Virus record (IMG/VR): IMGVR_UViG_3300009941_000125
Span: 31,540 to 95,539 of that record
From: a virus
Lineage: Duplodnaviria; Heunggongvirae; Uroviricota; Caudoviricetes
Reading direction: 5' to 3' (one strand)
Length of the DNA: 64,000 nucleotides
Shown: one piece after another, positions 26,799 to 36,074 of the stretch
How positions within the stretch are numbered: the first letter of the stretch is position 1
Layout of the letters: the number at the start of each line of letters is the position of its first letter
Notes under the pieces: model-generated
The model's database searches: none
What the model saw: only the letters and a program-made list of their open reading frames with translations
Told to the model about the DNA's origin: nothing
Position numbers and translations under genes: made by a program

Positions 26799-27606
26799 AT
26801 AATTTAAAACTCCAATCTTCTGTATCTAATATTCCGTACCCATTAATAGCTTCTGGTAATCCAATACATTTTGTTCTACCAATTTTATACTCTTTTTTTT
26901 CGTGCATATGTCCAATAAAAGCATATCTTGGTTGCATAGCTTTTATTAGTTCATTAATAGGACTGCTTCCTGGTTTTTGTTTTATAGCTAAATCACCAGT
27001 ATTATACATTCCTATTGGTGGTTCATGTAATAATAATATATCAGCTTTTTGCTTTTTTAATTTATCAATATCTTTCTTAGTAAATCTTCCTCTAGGGTCT
27101 CTACCCATAACTTGATTTAGATATTCTTCTATATGTGGAGGAGTTTCTGGTTTTACTTTTATTTTTCTTCTTTTTTGATAACCCCCTGTATAAACTTTGT
27201 AAGAATAACAACCATTTAAACCTGCTATTTTTATAGATTTATTTTCTAATGACCAATAAAAACTTCCACTATAATCATTGAGCCAAATGATATGGTTATT
27301 TTTCTCTAATTTATTCCAATCAATAGAATCTCTATAATCAAAATTTTCATGATTACCACTAATAAATATTAAAGTTCTATCAAATTTATAATTATCATTA
27401 ACAACATCTTGAAAAGGAATCATAGTGTCAGTAATGTTCCAATGCCCCGCTTTATCTACTAAGTACCCCCAATTAAGAAAATCTTGAGTTTTCCATATAC
27501 CTAAATCTCCAAGTTGAAAAACTACATCAATTTCAGGGTGTTGTTTTATAATAATATTTATTATCTTTAAATGGGCGTGTGTATCACCTAATATTAAAGC
27601 TTTCAT
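26791..27606 (-). CDS. Calcineurin-like metallophosphoesterase.
   Basis: 271 aa with ILGDTHAH, QLGDLG, SGNHE, LLLHEPP and GHMHE motifs. Confidence 0.75.
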   Translation of the reverse strand: MKALILGDTHAHLKIINIIIKQHPEIDVVFQLGDLGIWKTQDFLNWGYLVDKAGHWNITDTMIPFQDVVNDNYKFDRTLIFISGNHENFDYRDSIDWNKLEKNNHIIWLNDYSGSFYWSLENKSIKIAGLNGCYSYKVYTGGYQKRRKIKVKPETPPHIEEYLNQVMGRDPRGRFTKKDIDKLKKQKADILLLHEPPIGMYNTGDLAIKQKPGSSPINELIKAMQPRYAFIGHMHEKKEYKIGRTKCIGLPEAINGYGILDTEDWSFKLYD

Positions 27607-27608
27607 TT

Positions 27609-28073
27609 TTACTCCTCACTCATTAATTGCTTATAAGCAGAAACATGTTTCTTATTTAACCTATCAACTAAATCTTGATCTAAATTAATCATTCTTGTTA
27701 AATCCATATTATGTTGTAAATCTGCTATCTTAACTTTAGTTGCTAATTTATTATTTTTTACTCTTTTAATATACTCTTCATTAGATTCATTTTTTATATG
27801 AGTAATAGCGTATATAGCTTTACTAATATAGATTGGAAGATTTAATTCAGTTGCTAATTTTAAATCAGATATCTCTGTGTCTTCTATAATATCATGTAAT
27901 ATCGCTACTATTTTTTCATCAACTGTATCTACTCCATTCATAACAGAAACTAAATGGACTATATAAGGAATCCCTGAATAATCTTTTTGCTCTTTATGAG
28001 CCTCTATTGCATAATTAATACACTTAGCTAATTTTTTATTATTTATGATTTTTTCTTTTTGCATTTTCCGCAT
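27609..28073 (-). CDS. HD-domain (p)ppGpp hydrolase of the small alarmone hydrolase type, SpoT/RelA hydrolase-like.
   Basis: 154 aa with AIEAHKEQKDYSGIPYIVHLVSV...VAILHDIIEDT, matching the RelA/SpoT hydrolase HD motif (H...H..V......AALLHDVIEDT). Confidence 0.75.
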   Translation of the reverse strand: MRKMQKEKIINNKKLAKCINYAIEAHKEQKDYSGIPYIVHLVSVMNGVDTVDEKIVAILHDIIEDTEISDLKLATELNLPIYISKAIYAITHIKNESNEEYIKRVKNNKLATKVKIADLQHNMDLTRMINLDQDLVDRLNKKHVSAYKQLMSEE

Positions 28074-28273
28074 TTTCCTTTAATAGTTTTAGTCATACAA
28101 TAACAACTTTTACATAAAGAAATCTCATTTTTAGATGAAATCTTATATTTACTTGTTGCATTTAATAACTGTACTAAAACTTCTTGAACAGGAAGACTTT
28201 TGGTTTTCTTAAGAGTCTTATCTATTATTTTTTCGTATTTTTCTGCAGGTATAGAAATTCTTTTTTTATTCAT
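28043..28273 (-). CDS. Hypothetical Lys-rich protein.
   Basis: 76-aa ORF. Confidence 0.3.
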   Translation of the reverse strand: MNKKRISIPAEKYEKIIDKTLKKTKSLPVQEVLVQLLNATSKYKISSKNEISLCKSCYCMTKTIKGKCGKCKKKKS

Positions 28274-28605
28274 TATTCTTTCTCTGTAATTTTAATAACA
28301 CAATTATGTTTTTTATGTTTAGAATAATATAATCCAAAATATTCTCTAATATTACGTAATAATAATTGAATCATATTTGATTCATAAAAACTTTCGTCTT
28401 CTAATCCTTCACCTTGCTCTACAACTAAACTATTAAAATTATCTATATTATCATTATATGGATTTTCTAATAAGAAACCATTATCTGTTTTAGTAATAAG
28501 AAGTTGCCATTTATGTTTTTCTTCTATAACATTACTATCTATTTTAACTAACAATTCATTTAATTTCCTTAATAACTCTTTTTTTTCTTCTTCTTTAAAT
28601 ATCAT
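28273..28605 (-). CDS. hypothetical protein
   Basis: 110-aa ORF. Confidence 0.45.
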   Translation of the reverse strand: MIFKEEEKKELLRKLNELLVKIDSNVIEEKHKWQLLITKTDNGFLLENPYNDNIDNFNSLVVEQGEGLEDESFYESNMIQLLLRNIREYFGLYYSKHKKHNCVIKITEKE

Positions 28606-28765
28606 TTTTAAACTCCTTTATTAATTATATAATAATTGGCTAAATTTGTTCTTTCTAATATGGGTTTATTTTGTTGTAAAATTAATTGCCATATAGCAAA
28701 AGAAAGCATAATTAATGTTATTATTATTAAAACTATTTCTATCCAATTTTTTTCTATAAATTCTT

Positions 28766-29689
28766 TCATTTTACTAAATAATACTCACTAAATTTATTCA
28801 TAATAGTATCTACTACTTCTTTTTTGATATGTCTATTGTCTTCTTGATATGCATCTGTAAAATATTCTTTTACAATCTCATAAGATGGAAAATAAAATAG
28901 ATTTTTATCCTCTTTATTTTCTCTAACTAACTCATCGACTGCAACTCTTAATATAGATTTAGAAACACAATTAGCAGTAATACATGAAACTGGTCTAAAT
29001 GTTGCTATTAATGGAACTGGAGATAGCGTAAATACTATTTTAGCATTTGATTTGAATCTTCTTATAATACTATAAATTCTTTTTAAATTATCTAAATTTT
29101 CTTGATAAGTACTTATTCTAAATCCGTGTTTTTTAGGATCAAACATATTCTTTGGAATTGCTCTCCAAAATACATCATTAGTTTCTTTATTATACCAAAT
29201 TTCTGATAAACCTAATGTCATAATAAAGACGTCTGTCTTTTTAAATAATTCATATGTATCTAATCTTATTTCTTCTAAAGGCTTATTTTCTCTTTTTTCA
29301 TCATCGAACCAAATAGCATCTTTAAACTTTCTATTTAAAAACGCCCATTCAAATTGTTGTCTCATTACAAATGTATTATTAATCCCTGCCCCTTGAGTAA
29401 CAATATAAGAACCTAATTTTTTATCCTTTCCTAAAACATTATACCTTTTTCTAGATAAATATTTTCTTATTTCCATAGCAAAACAACTACCAAATGCTGT
29501 AATAGATGTTTGTTTATCAATAAAAGGTTTATCTGGCATCCACCCATAAAGTACATATTGATCTAATGCTTCTTCTTCTTTTAAATTAACTTTATGGGCA
29601 ATAAAATTACAAGTTTCTCCCCTATACCATGTTTCGTTTGCTCCTCTACTTCTATCTTTTCCTTGTTTATACCAAATATTTTTACTCAT
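28766..29689 (-). CDS. GSCFA-family protein (uncharacterised; SGNH/GDSL-like fold suspected).
   Basis: 307 aa carrying the family-defining motif TAFGSCFA near the N-terminus. Confidence 0.5.
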   Translation of the reverse strand: MSKNIWYKQGKDRSRGANETWYRGETCNFIAHKVNLKEEEALDQYVLYGWMPDKPFIDKQTSITAFGSCFAMEIRKYLSRKRYNVLGKDKKLGSYIVTQGAGINNTFVMRQQFEWAFLNRKFKDAIWFDDEKRENKPLEEIRLDTYELFKKTDVFIMTLGLSEIWYNKETNDVFWRAIPKNMFDPKKHGFRISTYQENLDNLKRIYSIIRRFKSNAKIVFTLSPVPLIATFRPVSCITANCVSKSILRVAVDELVRENKEDKNLFYFPSYEIVKEYFTDAYQEDNRHIKKEVVDTIMNKFSEYYLVK

Positions 29690-29857
29690 TATTTATATCC
29701 TCTTCTAAAGCTTCAGCTATTATTTTCTTAGAATTTAATCTTCTTTTCTTCTTAGCTACTATCTTTATCTCCTCTGTTCCTGTCCAATGAGTCATATTAC
29801 TATGACCAAGTTTACCGCCTTGTCCCCCTGATTCTTTTATGTCCTTACTATAACTCA

Positions 29858-30277
29858 TCACTTCTCTTCCTTATCTAGTAATGTTTCCTCTAAATTATTT
29901 TTGACTAATAAATATTCACTTTCGTTGGGTAATAATCTAAGAAATAATTCCCATTTTTTATCCATTAAGTTAACAAATGCTTCATTGTTTCCTCTGTTTT
30001 TGTATCTTTTGATATATTCAAGCCTGTCTAATTGTGCTGGTTTTGCTATGATGTAACCATCATGTAATTCTTCTCGTAACTCTTTATGACAAGACACAAG
30101 AACTATATATCCATTTTTTGCCATATACCTAGCTACTTTTGCATATCTTTTCCAGTCCCTCTCAAAAGGAGTACTTTCTAAATCAACTACATTAGGATAT
30201 TTCTTTGCAAGCATTGATTTTCCAATTCCAGCAAAACCACAAATAATTGTTCCATTCCATTTCATAGCTATCCCCAT
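29858..30277 (-). CDS. P-loop NTPase/kinase; possible polynucleotide or nucleoside kinase.
   Basis: 139 aa with Walker A GFAGIGKS at the N-terminus. Its start is 5 nt after the rtcB stop, so it is probably co-transcribed. Confidence 0.5.
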   Translation of the reverse strand: MGIAMKWNGTIICGFAGIGKSMLAKKYPNVVDLESTPFERDWKRYAKVARYMAKNGYIVLVSCHKELREELHDGYIIAKPAQLDRLEYIKRYKNRGNNEAFVNLMDKKWELFLRLLPNESEYLLVKNNLEETLLDKEEK

Positions 30278-30282
30278 AATTA

Positions 30283-31482
30283 TTAACCCTTTATAACAGC
30301 AATCGGTTCTAATTTAACTAAAATATCAACCAAATCTTCTTGTTGCTTCATTACCTCATCAATATTTTTATATGAGCTCGGTGCTTCATCTAAATCTTTC
30401 TGAGTTCTTACCCCATGAATAATTCCTTTGTTATTTAGCTTTTTAAGTTCCTCTTTAAGACTTAGCTCTCTAACAGCTTGCTTTCTCCCCATACACCTAC
30501 CAGCTCCATGAGAACAACTCATAAAACTAAGAGATTCCCCTTTTCCTTTAACTATATAAGAAGCTGTTCCCATTGATCCAGGAATAATACCAATAGTGTT
30601 TTCTCTTGCTAGAGTCGCCCCCTTTCTATGTACCATAACGTTCTCTCCAAAATGACTTTCCATTGTAACGTAATTATGAGCAATATTTATAACATCTACA
30701 GAATATTCATAAGAAGTTATATTAGAAAATAAACTCATATTTTCTTCAAAAATGTCTAGTATTCTGCACATCATTAGATGCCTATTAGCCAAAGCAAAAT
30801 CAACACAATATTGCATTTCTCTTAAATAAGTTTTAGCCTCTTCAGTTTCTAAAGGAAGAAAAGCTAATTCCCATTCTTTAGGAACTTTTGAATGCCACCT
30901 CTCATTTAATTTTATCGCAATATCATTATGATGTTTAGCTACTCTATATCCTAGATTTCTACTCCCTGAGTGAAGCATAATCCAAATATGACCATCTGAT
31001 CCTTTAAGAATATCTATAAAATGATTCCCTCCTCCGAGGGTTCCTAATTGCTTTAAAGCTGAATTATACTGCTCCGAAATAACGGGAAAATCGTGAGAAC
31101 AAAAATCATGCTTAATTGGTGCTTCTGGCATTAAACTTTCATCTTGTTTTTCCTTTTGGTGGTTCCCTCCGACAGGTATAACTTTTCTAATTCCTTTCAT
31201 TATCTTTTTAAGTGTTTCAGTATCTATCTCAGTTAAAGATGTCTTAACTGCACACATCCCACACCCAATATCAACGCCAACTGCATTAGGAATTACTACC
31301 CTTTTCGTAGCAATAACTCCACCAATTGGCATTCCATAACCTTGATGAGCATCTGGCATTAAAGCTACGTGCTTATGAATAAAAGGTAGATTAGCCAAGT
31401 TTTTGGCTTGCTTTAAAGCGCCTTCTTCAATATCTTTAACCCATGATTTTATTGGTTTATTTTCTGTTGTTATTACTTCCAT
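30283..31482 (-). CDS. rtcB: RNA 3'-phosphate/2',3'-cyclic phosphate ligase RtcB.
   Basis: 399 aa with NAVGVDIGCGM, HQGYGMPIGGV, GGGNHFIDIL, HSGSRNLG and SCSHGAGR, which are the hallmark RtcB metal and GMP-His motifs. RBS is AAAGGAGGGGAAA. Confidence 0.9.
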   Translation of the reverse strand: MEVITTENKPIKSWVKDIEEGALKQAKNLANLPFIHKHVALMPDAHQGYGMPIGGVIATKRVVIPNAVGVDIGCGMCAVKTSLTEIDTETLKKIMKGIRKVIPVGGNHQKEKQDESLMPEAPIKHDFCSHDFPVISEQYNSALKQLGTLGGGNHFIDILKGSDGHIWIMLHSGSRNLGYRVAKHHNDIAIKLNERWHSKVPKEWELAFLPLETEEAKTYLREMQYCVDFALANRHLMMCRILDIFEENMSLFSNITSYEYSVDVINIAHNYVTMESHFGENVMVHRKGATLARENTIGIIPGSMGTASYIVKGKGESLSFMSCSHGAGRCMGRKQAVRELSLKEELKKLNNKGIIHGVRTQKDLDEAPSSYKNIDEVMKQQEDLVDILVKLEPIAVIKG

Positions 31483-31550
31483 TTTCCCCTCCTTTATTTA
31501 ATTTATTAATAATACAGAGCAGGAAAACGGTTTATTTGGCGTTTTTTATG

Positions 31551-31564
31551 CTAGTTGCAACTAG
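31551..31564. promoter_or_regulatory. 14-bp perfect palindrome CTAGTTGCAACTAG in the rtcB 5' region.
   Basis: Seen directly, 69 bp upstream of the rtcB start codon; candidate operator. Confidence 0.3.
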
Positions 31565-31606
31565 GCTTACCAAACCTGCCCCATATTAAATTATCTAAGT
31601 CTTACA

Positions 31607-32380
31607 TTACTTTATCTGCAATAGCGCCGAAGCATTATTACCCATTATTGTAGTAGGTAATTGCCCGTCCCATCTTTCAATCCATTTCTGTCTTAAAACT
31701 AAATCTGTTACAGTAGTTCTAATAAGCGTGTTGCTTTGAGCTACCCCTTCTGCTTCTCTAATTTTAGCTTGTTTACTAAATTCAGCTTCTTGAGCTTTTT
31801 GTTGCGCAACTAGTTTCTTTTCTACCGCTTTATTATAATCATCTGAATAATCTACATTGTAAATACTTACATTTTCAACAATAATATAATATTTAGCAGC
31901 TGATTCTTTTAATCTAGTTTCAAGTTCTTTCTTTAAGTCTTCACGATTTCTTGCTATCTCTTCAATCTTAAACTTACCTAAAGAAGTTTTAGCTATCTCA
32001 TAAACCATATTATCGAATACAGTAAATCTAATATCTCCTTGAATTTTTTCATAAATATCATTTAACTTATCGGCAGGTAATCTATAGTTAATTACAAGAT
32101 CAAGCCAAATAATTTGGTTATCTGATGACATTCCTTCAACCTTTTTCCAGTCTTCTTTTTGTAATTTAATATCAAACTTTTTAACTTTAGCTGTAATAGG
32201 ATTAACAAAGTTTATACCTGCTGAAAGCTGTCTTTTCATTACGCCTGTAAATCTATTAAAAACTGTTGCTTTCTCTCCAACCGATAGAAACTTAACACTA
32301 GAAAAAAAGAATGTTAAAATGCACGCAATAATAACAACGCCCGTACCAACTTTTATCACTAACTTAGTATCTTCATCCAT
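31607..32380 (-). CDS. SPFH/Band-7 (prohibitin/stomatin-like) membrane protein.
   Basis: 257 aa with an N-terminal TM helix, an SPFH core and a C-terminal coiled coil (QQKAQEAEF...). Confidence 0.7.
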   Translation of the reverse strand: MDEDTKLVIKVGTGVVIIACILTFFFSSVKFLSVGEKATVFNRFTGVMKRQLSAGINFVNPITAKVKKFDIKLQKEDWKKVEGMSSDNQIIWLDLVINYRLPADKLNDIYEKIQGDIRFTVFDNMVYEIAKTSLGKFKIEEIARNREDLKKELETRLKESAAKYYIIVENVSIYNVDYSDDYNKAVEKKLVAQQKAQEAEFSKQAKIREAEGVAQSNTLIRTTVTDLVLRQKWIERWDGQLPTTIMGNNASALLQIK

Positions 32381-32431
32381 TTTGAATCCTCCTTATACAA
32401 TATATTATAACGACCTTTTTCAAGAAAGCTA

Positions 32432-32698
32432 CTACTTTCTTACCTGTTCCTCCTTTTTCTTTAGTATTGTGTACCCTAAACCTTTTATATTCTTTTCAAA
32501 CTCTCGTATCATTACTCTATCTAATTCTTTAACAGAATCAATAAGTTTATTATACGGTTTCATTTGTTCATGACACTTCATACATCCTTTTCTTTCTAGA
32601 GGACATTTACTTGGATGGTGATAACCTTGTTTTCTTTTTTCTTTCATCCAACCATCATGAACTTTTTCTGCCATTTTTTCTAATAATTTTTTATCCAT
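32432..32698 (-). CDS. hypothetical protein
   Basis: 88-aa ORF containing CxxC...C..H. Confidence 0.4.
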   Translation of the reverse strand: MDKKLLEKMAEKVHDGWMKEKRKQGYHHPSKCPLERKGCMKCHEQMKPYNKLIDSVKELDRVMIREFEKNIKGLGYTILKKKEEQVRK

Positions 32699-32700
32699 TT

Positions 32701-33918
32701 TTAACTCCTTGCCAAAACTAATTCTTTTTTATACACATTGCTTCTTTCGTACAGCCCTGACTCATTATTCTTAGCAAACATTGCTTTCATGATAACTTCA
32801 TCAGTTTGTGGTCCTCTTGGATTATGAAGATTAACACACAGCTCTTCTTTTAGAAATGTTTTTTGTTTAGTTAATACTTTAATATGCCCACTTCTATTAA
32901 TTCTGTATACCTTATCTCCTTTTATTGAAGGAATATCAATATATTTATCTTTTATATATCTCTTAAATTCTTCATCTACTACTAATCTTTTTAATAACGT
33001 TAAGGCCTTTAATTCCTTTTGTACCTCTTCCTCTGAGAAGTTTCCTAAAAACTTATCTTTAATCCCCCAATAGTTATACATATCTTCGAGCTTCATTGAT
33101 GAAGCGCTTATAATATTTCTAATATTAACTGATTTATATTTAGCTATTTTCTTTTTAGCTTTATCTGCTTTTATAATATTACGAACTTCATTAAAATCGA
33201 AAGTAAGTTTTTCACCTTCTCCTATATGTTTTCTTACTAAATTTCCAATAGGTACTATAATAATTCCGTCTTTTGTTGGTAACTCAATCTCATATTCATT
33301 TAATATTTGTCTTAGTTGCTCTTTGCCACGCAGACGTTGCAAGCTTTCAGGTCTAATTGTATTATGAGTTATCTCTCTTGCTAGCTCTCTTCCAACCTCT
33401 CTTGCCCCTTGTTTTATCCATTCTTCAATTAATTTAGGTTGTGGAACATTCTCTCTATCAATAGCTTCTAATGATAAAAATCCCAATTTAGATACGCGTC
33501 TTCTTTTAGAAATTGTTCTTTCTTGCGTCATAACCCTAAAAGGAGGATCAGGAAAACATCTCGCTTCCATTGCATTAGGCGCCACAGGTGCAAATGCAAC
33601 TTCCATTCGATATTCTATACCGTCTCTATTAGGGTCTCTTACAAAACTTAAATCAACTTTTACTTCTTTTAATATTTTTATATTGTCAGTAATTATAGAT
33701 GCACCATCTCCATCAATAACCACATCGTTATTAATAGTAAAACTTCCTGCATTCCCGTATATTCCAACATTCGCATTAGGTGTTGTAGCCCAATCCTGGG
33801 TACAACTATTTATATCTTCTAATGTTAAAGCATTCGCCGTTGTAGTTTCTCCTGCACAGCAAGTAGTTCCATCATAAAAATTACTAGTACTATAATACGG
33901 CATTTTGTACATCTCCAA
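32701..33918 (-). CDS. Hypothetical protein; possibly virion-associated.
   Basis: 405-aa ORF adjacent to the SPFH gene; no catalytic motif recognised. Confidence 0.45.
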   Translation of the reverse strand: MEMYKMPYYSTSNFYDGTTCCAGETTTANALTLEDINSCTQDWATTPNANVGIYGNAGSFTINNDVVIDGDGASIITDNIKILKEVKVDLSFVRDPNRDGIEYRMEVAFAPVAPNAMEARCFPDPPFRVMTQERTISKRRRVSKLGFLSLEAIDRENVPQPKLIEEWIKQGAREVGRELAREITHNTIRPESLQRLRGKEQLRQILNEYEIELPTKDGIIIVPIGNLVRKHIGEGEKLTFDFNEVRNIIKADKAKKKIAKYKSVNIRNIISASSMKLEDMYNYWGIKDKFLGNFSEEEVQKELKALTLLKRLVVDEEFKRYIKDKYIDIPSIKGDKVYRINRSGHIKVLTKQKTFLKEELCVNLHNPRGPQTDEVIMKAMFAKNNESGLYERSNVYKKELVLARS

Positions 33919-34147
33919 GCTTTAATCTTTTTAATACTTCTAACAGCTTTACTGTGCTTTTATCTTCAATTATTGGCATAGTAACATCATTTACTAACCA
34001 TTCTTTTTGTTTTCTACAAAAATAATCTTCTTTCCAAAATCGACCTTTAAATTGTCTTGCTAAGTGACTCTTCTTTTGCTCTAAACCGAAGTCTTCGCCC
34101 ATAATTCGCTCAGAAACTGATTCTTCTCCCATGTTTCTTCCCTCCAT
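33890..34147 (-). CDS. hypothetical protein
   Basis: 85-aa ORF. It overlaps the next ORF by about 67 nt, so the start is probably internal. Confidence 0.3.
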   Translation of the reverse strand: MEGRNMGEESVSERIMGEDFGLEQKKSHLARQFKGRFWKEDYFCRKQKEWLVNDVTMPIIEDKSTVKLLEVLKRLKLGDVQNAVL

Positions 34148-34353
34148 TTTCCGTAATAGGTGAAAGTTTGCAATAAACTTTTTTCTAAAACTTTCTCTGG
34201 AAATCGCAAATCGGTCATTATCCCTTTCTTAATAGCTCTATAATGTTTATGATTACAAAACCCACATATAATAATATGTAAACCATCTACATCTTCAGGT
34301 ATTTCTATAGTATTATATTTTTTACACTCTGAACAATAGATTTCAGTTATCAT
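34081..34353 (-). CDS. Zinc-ribbon protein.
   Basis: 90 aa with CSEC...CGFCNHKH. Confidence 0.4.
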   Translation of the reverse strand: MITEIYCSECKKYNTIEIPEDVDGLHIIICGFCNHKHYRAIKKGIMTDLRFPEKVLEKSLLQTFTYYGKWREETWEKNQFLSELWAKTSV

Positions 34354-34354
34354 T

Positions 34355-34609
34355 TTATCCTTTTCTTGTCGTTGGTACTGCTAAAATTAAACCAGCATTT
34401 TGATCAAAATCTTTTATCTCTCCCTTTTGATTCCCTTCAACGTCTGCATAGAAAAAAGAATAGCCGTCTTTCTTTAGTTTATTAAACTCTTTTTTAGCCT
34501 TTTCTGTATCTTTTTTACTATCGATATTCCAAGTTATCTTATCATCACCATTTTCACTTAAAATTGCCATTTCTCCCATTATTTCACCTCCTTTTACACA
34601 TAATTCCAC
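34355..34609 (-). CDS. hypothetical protein
   Basis: 84-aa ORF. Confidence 0.4.
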   Translation of the reverse strand: MELCVKGGEIMGEMAILSENGDDKITWNIDSKKDTEKAKKEFNKLKKDGYSFFYADVEGNQKGEIKDFDQNAGLILAVPTTRKG

Positions 34610-34853
34610 AAGCTATCAACGCTAATAAAGCCGAAAACGCAGCTAAACCAGAAACAATAACTGTTTGATAAAAATAATAATTACTTATTACTGAAATTGA
34701 TTCAACCGATACTCCTTGTAATGCTAATACCTCTAAATTTCCCATTTTTACCTCCTTTTATTTTCTAACATTCTATCTTCAATATATACGCCTAAACACT
34801 GAGCACAAATAATAATAAAAATAACTAATGATTTTACAAAAGCTTCTAACATT

Positions 34854-35252
34854 TTATTTCTCCATTATTTCTTTTTTTAACCTTTCTAACCAATCTGAAT
34901 CCATTTTATTAATAGCACAATTACACCCTAACTCTAATAGTCTTTGATTATTAATGGGAACACAAGATATAGCAATCATTTTACCATCATACGTTCCACT
35001 TCTTATAGTTCCTGTAACTTCAAAATTCATAAACCACTCATTTAATATTCTACCTGAATTCCCTCTATTAGGTAAATCATGGTCTAATAAAATATAATCA
35101 AATAACCCTGGATCTAATTGTTTAGGAATATCTTCACAAGTACAAATAGTTAAATCATAATCAGGAGATTCACCTATTTCATCTGGAATAAATAAATCTA
35201 TTAATTCTTTTAACGTTCTAGGATTATCTTCTACTATTAATACTTTTTTCAT
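34854..35252 (-). CDS. Stand-alone CheY-like receiver (REC) domain protein.
   Basis: 132 aa. MKKVLIVEDNPRTLKEL...ILLDHDLP matches the REC-domain N-terminus (VLIVEDN) and the phospho-acceptor region (hLLDhxLP). Confidence 0.55.
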   Translation of the reverse strand: MKKVLIVEDNPRTLKELIDLFIPDEIGESPDYDLTICTCEDIPKQLDPGLFDYILLDHDLPNRGNSGRILNEWFMNFEVTGTIRSGTYDGKMIAISCVPINNQRLLELGCNCAINKMDSDWLERLKKEIMEK

Positions 35253-35403
35253 TTATCACCTTTATAGTTTCATTCAATTTTTTGTGTATCTTTCTTAATA
35301 CTACTTCTATATGTCGATCTGTTTTTTCACTATCAAAATCAAATACTTTATCAATTACTTTTAAATTTTTTAATTTAGATATTTTTTTGATTTTTTTCAT
35401 GGT

Positions 35404-35586
35404 TTAACTATTTTTAATTAACTCAGTTCCTGCAATCACACAAAAGATTATTACAAATGCAATAACAATTGCTATTATAGAAGAGATAACTGCATTCATA
35501 AAACTGCTTATAAAGCATAAAAGAACAAAAAGTATGATCCAAGGTAAAAGACATAAAAATACGCCTAATAAAAATTTTAAATTCAT
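35404..35586 (-). CDS. Small membrane protein.
   Basis: 60 aa, almost entirely hydrophobic, with two TM helices. Confidence 0.3.
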   Translation of the reverse strand: MNLKFLLGVFLCLLPWIILFVLLCFISSFMNAVISSIIAIVIAFVIIFCVIAGTELIKNS

Positions 35587-35588
35587 CT

Positions 35589-36062
35589 TTATTTTTCCTC
35601 CTTTACAACTTTATATCCATCTATTCCCCCAATTAACTTAACCTTTTGTACTGTCTCGTAAGGTCTTACGGGTCCAAGAAGTTTAATTATTACATCAACA
35701 TTACCAACTTTTAATTTTTTAGCCTTTACAACTTCTTTAATACTAGACTGAAATTTAGCTTCCCCTTCATCCTTTGCAATAACATTCTCTTCTAATATAA
35801 CTTCCCCATCTTCATTAGGATTCACCACGATAACCTTATATAAACTTCTTCCGTCATCTCTTTCTGAATCTGTCATTTTGTTTTCCTCCTTTATTAATAT
35901 CAAACTATTCTCATCACAATATCTTTCTCCAATGCCCTTAAACAATACTTTTATAGCGCCCTCGCCAAAACCAATAATTGTACCAATAGCTCCGTAAGGA
36001 ACAGCATCTCTATTATCGTATTTTCTATTTTGCATAACCTTATCATTAATCTTAAACCTCAT
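35589..36062 (-). CDS. hypothetical protein
   Basis: 157-aa ORF. Confidence 0.45.
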   Translation of the reverse strand: MRFKINDKVMQNRKYDNRDAVPYGAIGTIIGFGEGAIKVLFKGIGERYCDENSLILIKEENKMTDSERDDGRSLYKVIVVNPNEDGEVILEENVIAKDEGEAKFQSSIKEVVKAKKLKVGNVDVIIKLLGPVRPYETVQKVKLIGGIDGYKVVKEEK

Positions 36063-36074
36063 TATTCACCTCCA

